From assembly GCA_965215265.1 (NCBI GenBank), contig OZ244048.1:160001-224000 (forward strand): DNA of 64,000 bases, in the 5' to 3' direction. The notes under the pieces were generated by a model that ran no database searches, had not been told where the DNA came from, and saw only the letters and a list, made by a program, of their open reading frames with translations. Source of the DNA: Candidatus Poribacteria bacterium. GTDB taxonomy: Bacteria; Poribacteria; WGA-4E; WGA-3G. How positions within the stretch are numbered: the stretch's first letter is position 1; every line of letters starts with the position of its first letter. The translations under genes and the position numbers were made by a program. Shown piece after piece: positions 58,890-64,000 of the stretch.

Positions 58890-60385
58890 AAATCTCAGAT
58901 GAACTTTGCATCAAAAATCGCCTTGCTGCGATTCGTGGCAGAATGCGCCGGCAAGTCTTCTTGCAAACATTAACAAAGGCTGTCTTTTATGGGCTGTTTT
59001 TGCTTGTTATTCTGTTTATTGCCGGTCGGATAATTTACCTGCCAGTCCGAATTACGTACATCAGTGTTCTAGTCCTTTTAGGTGCAATTGTTATCAGTAT
59101 CAGCCTGAGTTTCAGGCATCTGAAGGATTTACGAACTGTGGCGTGCACCGTAGACCGGAAGATGGAGTTGAAGGAGCGATTCAGCACAGCGTTTGAATTA
59201 ATAGACGCTGAGACAGAGCTCGGAGACGAACGCAGCGAATTCGCGAAATTCCAAATCTCGGATGCCGCGAATGCCGTTGCCATGCTGGATATCGCAAAGA
59301 TCAGTCCGTATCGCCCACCGCGACTCCTAAAGGCATTTCCAATTCCACTTCTGTTAATTGCGCTCTCTTTTACTGTTCCACGTGTTTATGAGGTACCACC
59401 ACCACTCAATGCTGCTCAAAAGAAAGTGGTTAATCGCGCTATTCAAAACCTTGCAGATGAGGAGGTGGAAAATCAGACGCTGCAGAAACGTTTACAAGAA
59501 ACAGTCAAACGTTTGAAAACTGCATCCGATGTTAACACGGTTGAGAAGCAACTCAGTGCTTTGACGCAGGAAGTGCGCAAACAGAAATTAGCACAAATTG
59601 CTATTAATAAAGCAACCGAAGCAGTACCCCGCTTGAGTGGTATGGATCCCAAGCAACTCGCAGCGGAATTGGAAACTATGGCGGAACAACCTGAGTTGTC
59701 TCCTGAACTCCAAGGTGAACTTGCTGCCCTCTTTGCACGAATCGCTAAAACAGTCCATCAGCCTTCGCTAAGTGATGCATTGGAAGAGATTCAAGGAAAG
59801 CCGGTTACTCAGAAAACGCTTCAGGACATTGTTGATACACTGCGGCAGATAGAGCAACTCGATCGGCTTGAACAATTGGAAACTCAACTAATAGAAAGCC
59901 GCAAGGAGCTTGCTTTGGCGAATATTGACATGCAACGACAGGGAAATAGGACTGCTAATACTAGGGGTGTCCCAGGCCAAGAGGCAGGTAGTGAGAAAGT
60001 GCAAGGCACCCTTGAACAAACTACGGATGGGAAAGCAGCCTTAGAGGGTACGTCGATAAATGATGAAGTGAAGAAAAACAAGACAAAAGATGGTGAACTG
60101 GCCCCACTTATGGGTGATGCCGCCTCGGCAGGACAAGTTGTAGGGACACAAATGACTGTGACAACACCATCAACAACGGATTCGCAGCGTTTTTCGAGAG
60201 TTTTTACAGGCGATCGGCCTTTGGATGCAGGTGATGGTGATCAGCCTTATCAACGTTTTAGTGATGTTGTGCTGAGTGCAAGACGGGAATATGCTCAGGC
60301 TATTGAGAATAAACGAATTCCAGTTCGATATCAAAAACAAATTAAAGTCTATTTGGAGGTAATTACGACGTTAGATGAGAAATAG
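58862..60385 (+). CDS. Hypothetical membrane-anchored coiled-coil protein (DUF4175-like)
   Basis: N-terminal TMs, 'DRKMELKERFSTAFE', long coiled coil, and C-terminal 'IPVRYQKQIKVY'. Confidence 0.65.
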   Translation: MEKRNRDTLKISDELCIKNRLAAIRGRMRRQVFLQTLTKAVFYGLFLLVILFIAGRIIYLPVRITYISVLVLLGAIVISISLSFRHLKDLRTVACTVDRKMELKERFSTAFELIDAETELGDERSEFAKFQISDAANAVAMLDIAKISPYRPPRLLKAFPIPLLLIALSFTVPRVYEVPPPLNAAQKKVVNRAIQNLADEEVENQTLQKRLQETVKRLKTASDVNTVEKQLSALTQEVRKQKLAQIAINKATEAVPRLSGMDPKQLAAELETMAEQPELSPELQGELAALFARIAKTVHQPSLSDALEEIQGKPVTQKTLQDIVDTLRQIEQLDRLEQLETQLIESRKELALANIDMQRQGNRTANTRGVPGQEAGSEKVQGTLEQTTDGKAALEGTSINDEVKKNKTKDGELAPLMGDAASAGQVVGTQMTVTTPSTTDSQRFSRVFTGDRPLDAGDGDQPYQRFSDVVLSARREYAQAIENKRIPVRYQKQIKVYLEVITTLDEK

Positions 60386-61046
60386 TATTAAATTCATTAT
60401 TACTGTTTTAATTATTGTTGGTGTCTATTTTCTACTAAGACACTATGGGGCGACTGATGCTATCCGGTTAGAGAACGTTCCGGAAATCAAAACGTGGGTA
60501 GCGAGTTTTGGCGCGATAGCTCCGCTTGTATATATTGGGTTATACATTGCTGCGACGGTTTTCTTCCTGCCGGGGCTTCCAACAACAGTGCTGGCTGGCA
60601 TCGCATTCGGGCCAGTATGGGGTGTTATTTACGCATGGATAGCTTCTATCATCGCGGTTTCGGTTGCTTTCCTCATTGCTCGCTACACTGCACGCAGTCT
60701 TGTTGAAAGTTGGGTTGCCGGCAACGAACAATTCAAAAAAGTAGATGAAGGAGTCAAACAGCAAGGTTGGCGGATTCTGATGTTTACAAGGTTGATGCCA
60801 ATTTTTCCCTACAACTTCCAAAATTATGCCTACGGTATCACGCAAATAAGGTTTTCGACCTATATTATGGTTTCGGCAGTATTTATGTTACCTGGTACCA
60901 TCGCTTGGGTACAAATTGGGGCTTCGTTAGTCAGTGGAGAAGGCGACATCTGGAAGACGATGCTCTATCTCGCGCTCGCGGGAGTTTTTATTTTGTTACT
61001 TTCCTTCATTCCAAAGTTCCTCCGCAAACGTCAACCGGATTTGTAG
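60375..61046 (+). CDS. TVP38/TMEM64 (DedA-like) family membrane protein
   Basis: 'FLPG....LAGIAFG', 'RLMPIFPYNFQNYAYG', 'MLPGT'. Confidence 0.9.
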   Translation: MRNSIKFIITVLIIVGVYFLLRHYGATDAIRLENVPEIKTWVASFGAIAPLVYIGLYIAATVFFLPGLPTTVLAGIAFGPVWGVIYAWIASIIAVSVAFLIARYTARSLVESWVAGNEQFKKVDEGVKQQGWRILMFTRLMPIFPYNFQNYAYGITQIRFSTYIMVSAVFMLPGTIAWVQIGASLVSGEGDIWKTMLYLALAGVFILLLSFIPKFLRKRQPDL

Positions 61047-61081
61047 TGGGTTCAGATGGCTGCTATCTCATAAAACCGAAT

Positions 61082-62359
61082 CTACGGTAACCGAATTAAC
61101 GTTTTAGCAGTAGCAAAGGCTTCTTCACGCGTTCGAATTTCGCCATTAAATTGGCGTTCCTCGATTTGTTTGAGGAGCATTCCAATTTCTTTCCCTTCTT
61201 TCAAGTTGAACGTGCGCATCAAATCTTTGCCTGTGATAAGTCTGCCCTGCTTGAGGATCGGAAGAAAATGTTGGTAATAAATATCCGCAATCCGGCTGAT
61301 CTGTGAGTCTGTTAGCCTATGCAGGGTAGTAGAAAAAAGCAGTACGCCCCACCACTCAGCACCTGTTCGCTGCAAAAATCGAATTATCTCCTGTTGTCCC
61401 AACTGTGCTGCTGTTAGTTGTTGGTGCTCTGAAGCGATGCATTTCATAAAACGCGTCGCTTTGCGGCTTAACCTAAGCCGTTTAGCGACATTTCCAATTT
61501 CACCTTGCAAAAGTAGACAGAGTTTAATGAGAGAACGACGGCTGACTTCTGAACCTAATTTTCCTGAGAGGTAATCCTCAATTTTAGTCTGGTAAACGCA
61601 AACTGCTTTTGGAATTGGGCATGCTTCAAAGATTTCTAAAGCTGCCCATCCTGTAGGCACAAAAATATGTTGCAACAGCTGAACTTCAAACATCTTCTGC
61701 AAATGCGTGTACGCTTGTTGAGTCGCGAGAATTTTCATCAATTCGTCACGAGTCCGTTCTGTGGAGACATCTGGTAATAGATGATGATATTTCTGGATGA
61801 GGTTAGTAGCATTTTGAGATATTTTAAAACCGAGTTGCGCTGCGAATCGGTAAATCCGCATGAGGCGAAGTGGATCGTCTTGGATAACTTGCTCACTCGG
61901 AAATTGGAGTTGACATGCTGCAAGATCGCCCATGCCGCTACAAGGGTCGATTACTGCCTGTTTTCCGGTGAATATGCTTTGCAAAGAGGCATCTTTTTCT
62001 TTTGATGTCAAAATAGCGTTGAGCGAGATTGCCATTGCATTAATCGTCAGGTCGCGCAAACGCAAATCGTCTAATAGAGATGCCGCTCGAAATTGCGCAA
62101 AGTCGAGACTAAGCGTTTTGACAACGACCCGCGCGGTAGGCGGATGCTCTTCCATAGCGATAAAAGTTCCATCGATGTGCTCGGCGAACGCTTTAGCAAA
62201 TTGAATTGCATCCCCAGCCAGTGCGAAATCTATATCTGTGATTGGGCGATTAAGTAGCAAGTCGCGAACACTGCCTCCTACGAGGTATAACTGAACCCCG
62301 CGTGCCTTTGCAAAAGTAGCTAGTGCTTCAATAAAGGGAGCATGTGTAGGTAAGATCAT
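61082..62359 (-). CDS. Class II tRNA nucleotidyltransferase, CC-adding-like
   Basis: 'VGGSVRDLLL..DIDF', loop-less 'LDFAQFRAASLLDDLRLRDLTINAMA', 'DDPLRLMR..RF', 'STERTRDE', tail 'LITGKDLM'. Confidence 0.82.
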   Translation of the reverse strand: MILPTHAPFIEALATFAKARGVQLYLVGGSVRDLLLNRPITDIDFALAGDAIQFAKAFAEHIDGTFIAMEEHPPTARVVVKTLSLDFAQFRAASLLDDLRLRDLTINAMAISLNAILTSKEKDASLQSIFTGKQAVIDPCSGMGDLAACQLQFPSEQVIQDDPLRLMRIYRFAAQLGFKISQNATNLIQKYHHLLPDVSTERTRDELMKILATQQAYTHLQKMFEVQLLQHIFVPTGWAALEIFEACPIPKAVCVYQTKIEDYLSGKLGSEVSRRSLIKLCLLLQGEIGNVAKRLRLSRKATRFMKCIASEHQQLTAAQLGQQEIIRFLQRTGAEWWGVLLFSTTLHRLTDSQISRIADIYYQHFLPILKQGRLITGKDLMRTFNLKEGKEIGMLLKQIEERQFNGEIRTREEAFATAKTLIRLP

Positions 62360-62404
62360 TTGGGCAGCCAGTTTATTCTTTCTTATTTTTCACGATAGAG
62401 GTAC

Positions 62405-63013
62405 TTAATTTCTTTGCCGGGCTTTCCGTCTTTGTACTTTACGCGATTGGAACAAGATGCCATCAAGGTGAAGATGTGTCGCGTACCCGATAAAACTTGC
62501 GACATAAAACGGTAAACCGGTCTGGGCTGCAGCAGGAAGTTCTTCTAATGCAAGATCGAATAGAACTGAAACCGACTTCGAGGTTGTATTCCAGTCTGGA
62601 TACGCCGCGTAAATCGGAACGATCAGAAATAGACACGGTAAGAGCAGCATCGTAACCTTGGAATGTGTCCAACCGCGATGTTTACTGATAATCGGGAGCA
62701 TTGCACAGAGCCCCAGGATTGCTGATTCCAGATACCTCTGAAAAATAATGAGGAGAGCATTCAAAACGAATAGCACACGATAAAAAATTTTCTGACTTTT
62801 GCTCTTAATATCCACATCCGGCCACAGCCCGAATAAGACAGCTACTGCGAAGCATCCGATTATTTTCATAGGATTATTGATGGAAACTGTTGGGTTCCAT
62901 TCCCATGATAAGCCCGTAAGGATTGAAACGGTGATAGTAGCAACGAACGATATTGCGAAAAACGCGCTATAGGTTATTAACGCGCCGATCCAGTGTTCAC
63001 GAAACATACTCAT
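62405..63013 (-). CDS. Membrane-bound metal-dependent hydrolase (YdjM/DUF2227-like)
   Basis: 'H' near the N-terminus, 'PDVD', 'HRGWTHS', 'GYATHLHLD'. Confidence 0.82.
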   Translation of the reverse strand: MSMFREHWIGALITYSAFFAISFVATITVSILTGLSWEWNPTVSINNPMKIIGCFAVAVLFGLWPDVDIKSKSQKIFYRVLFVLNALLIIFQRYLESAILGLCAMLPIISKHRGWTHSKVTMLLLPCLFLIVPIYAAYPDWNTTSKSVSVLFDLALEELPAAAQTGLPFYVASFIGYATHLHLDGILFQSRKVQRRKARQRN

Positions 63014-63020
63014 GAAAAAT

Positions 63021-63049
63021 AGTATAGCATGGTTTTTAACGGAAAGCAA
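63021..63049 (-). promoter_or_regulatory. Putative sigma70 promoter immediately upstream of the hydrolase ATG
   Basis: The minus strand reads TTGCTT-N17-TATACT with an extended TG. The ATG begins 8 nt after the -10 box. Confidence 0.5.
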
Positions 63050-63380
63050 TATAGATTTGTCGTCTCATTTACCCCATTTTTTTTGAAGTTTTGTGGTGAA
63101 AGGTTTTTGTTTGTAAACGTGTGAGAAAAGCCGTGGGTTTATAATAAAATACCTCTTTTCGTATCTTGAGCCCATCAACGGCTGATGTTGTGTCAATCAC
63201 TGTATAAATCTCGTTTTTTCGTCTCTTTCAGCCCAATAACTCTTTATGTTTTGAAAACCTAAGCACAAATTTCGTCAGAGGGTTCTGATGCTATGAATCT
63301 AAACAGAGAAAACCTCCGACGAGATTTACACACGAGGACTCACGACATAAGCGTTGACGGTACGGAGAGATACGAACTGT

Positions 63381-64000
63381 TTATTCGGTTACCACGGTTT
63401 CCTCGCCAAGCATATCAATAATCTTGATGGCAACGCGGGCATCACGGCGCGGCAGCACTACCGTGTATTGGCCCTTGATAAATTCGCTCTGCTTCTCCGG
63501 CAAATCACTCGCAACGATTCTGAAATGCCTGCCGTTGTAGTCCGTATCTATCAGCACGCAATCAATCTGCGCACGGAAATCATCAACTTGTTCGTCAAAG
63601 AGGGTGCGGGCTATCTCCAAACGCCCTAAGAGGCTCGGACTGATATAATCTACGAGGGTAATGGTGACGTGTTGCCTGTCTCTTTTGAAGGCAACTTCTG
63701 CTTCAGCAGGGGCGAAGGTGGTGACACCGTCGCGTTGGATGTCCCGCACGATGAGTTGATTAATCGGGTGCCGCTTGTTTTCTGAGTCAAGTTCGGCTTG
63801 TATTCCCAACTCGCTGCCGTTGCAGAGGACTGTAACAGCGCGTGCCTCATCCGGGCGGTGCTGCAGTTCGTCTTTGATAAGCTGAATATCTAATCGGGTG
63901 AGCGGTTTCGTCAGCTCAACGATTTTGACGAGGGTTCCGTCTACGGTGCCGTCAAAGAAGGGGTCCTTCTTGTCGGTTTCGACACCATACTTTTCGATGA
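63381..64000 (-). CDS. C-terminal part of a site-specific DNA methyltransferase (type III Mod-like), 5'-truncated by window edge
   Basis: The frame is open to the window end. C-terminal 'IDTDYNG..F....D...VAIKIIDMLGEE' is typical of Mod-like methylase tails. Catalytic motifs are not visible in the window. Confidence 0.65.
   Translation of the reverse strand, partial: IEKYGVETDKKDPFFDGTVDGTLVKIVELTKPLTRLDIQLIKDELQHRPDEARAVTVLCNGSELGIQAELDSENKRHPINQLIVRDIQRDGVTTFAPAEAEVAFKRDRQHVTITLVDYISPSLLGRLEIARTLFDEQVDDFRAQIDCVLIDTDYNGRHFRIVASDLPEKQSEFIKGQYTVVLPRRDARVAIKIIDMLGEETVVTE

Noticed and set aside
1-64000. DGR reverse transcriptase, Avd or template repeat; CRISPR array; tRNA/rRNA; IS or integrase
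   Set aside because: No ORF with RT, transposase or integrase motifs, no second copy of the 52.05-52.17 kb segment, and no spaced repeat array or tRNA-like sequence was seen by eye.

Overview
This is a 64 kb, gene-dense bacterial chromosome segment with about 53 credible CDSs. I found no rRNA, tRNA, CRISPR array, integrase or transposase. The organism is a diderm, shown by TonB, TonB-dependent receptors, a GT9 glycosyltransferase and a PorV/PorQ-like barrel. The cohesin-dockerin-FGE protein and the 'ETW..YQLA...AAYWDGRN..GE.VASG.YFYTL' sorting domain resemble Candidatus Poribacteria (inference, not verified by search). Housekeeping and metabolic genes are purF, purM, scpA, scpB, thrC, xylA, acs, a CstA-like transporter and two DegT-family aminotransferases. 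Transport clusters are three MacB-like permeases with an unusually long adaptor, and TonB + DUF5916 + two receptors. Main hunt results: (1) a secreted cohesin-dockerin-CLec (FGE-fold) gene whose 3' end looks like a diversity-generating retroelement (DGR) variable region, with no reverse transcriptase or template repeat seen in the window; (2) two class II tRNA nucleotidyltransferases with the signatures of a split A-adding/CC-adding pair; (3) an orphan FliG-like protein coupled to purM; (4) a shared ECF-sigma-like promoter motif and a candidate structured RNA in the MacB cluster. All family assignments come from motif recognition by eye.
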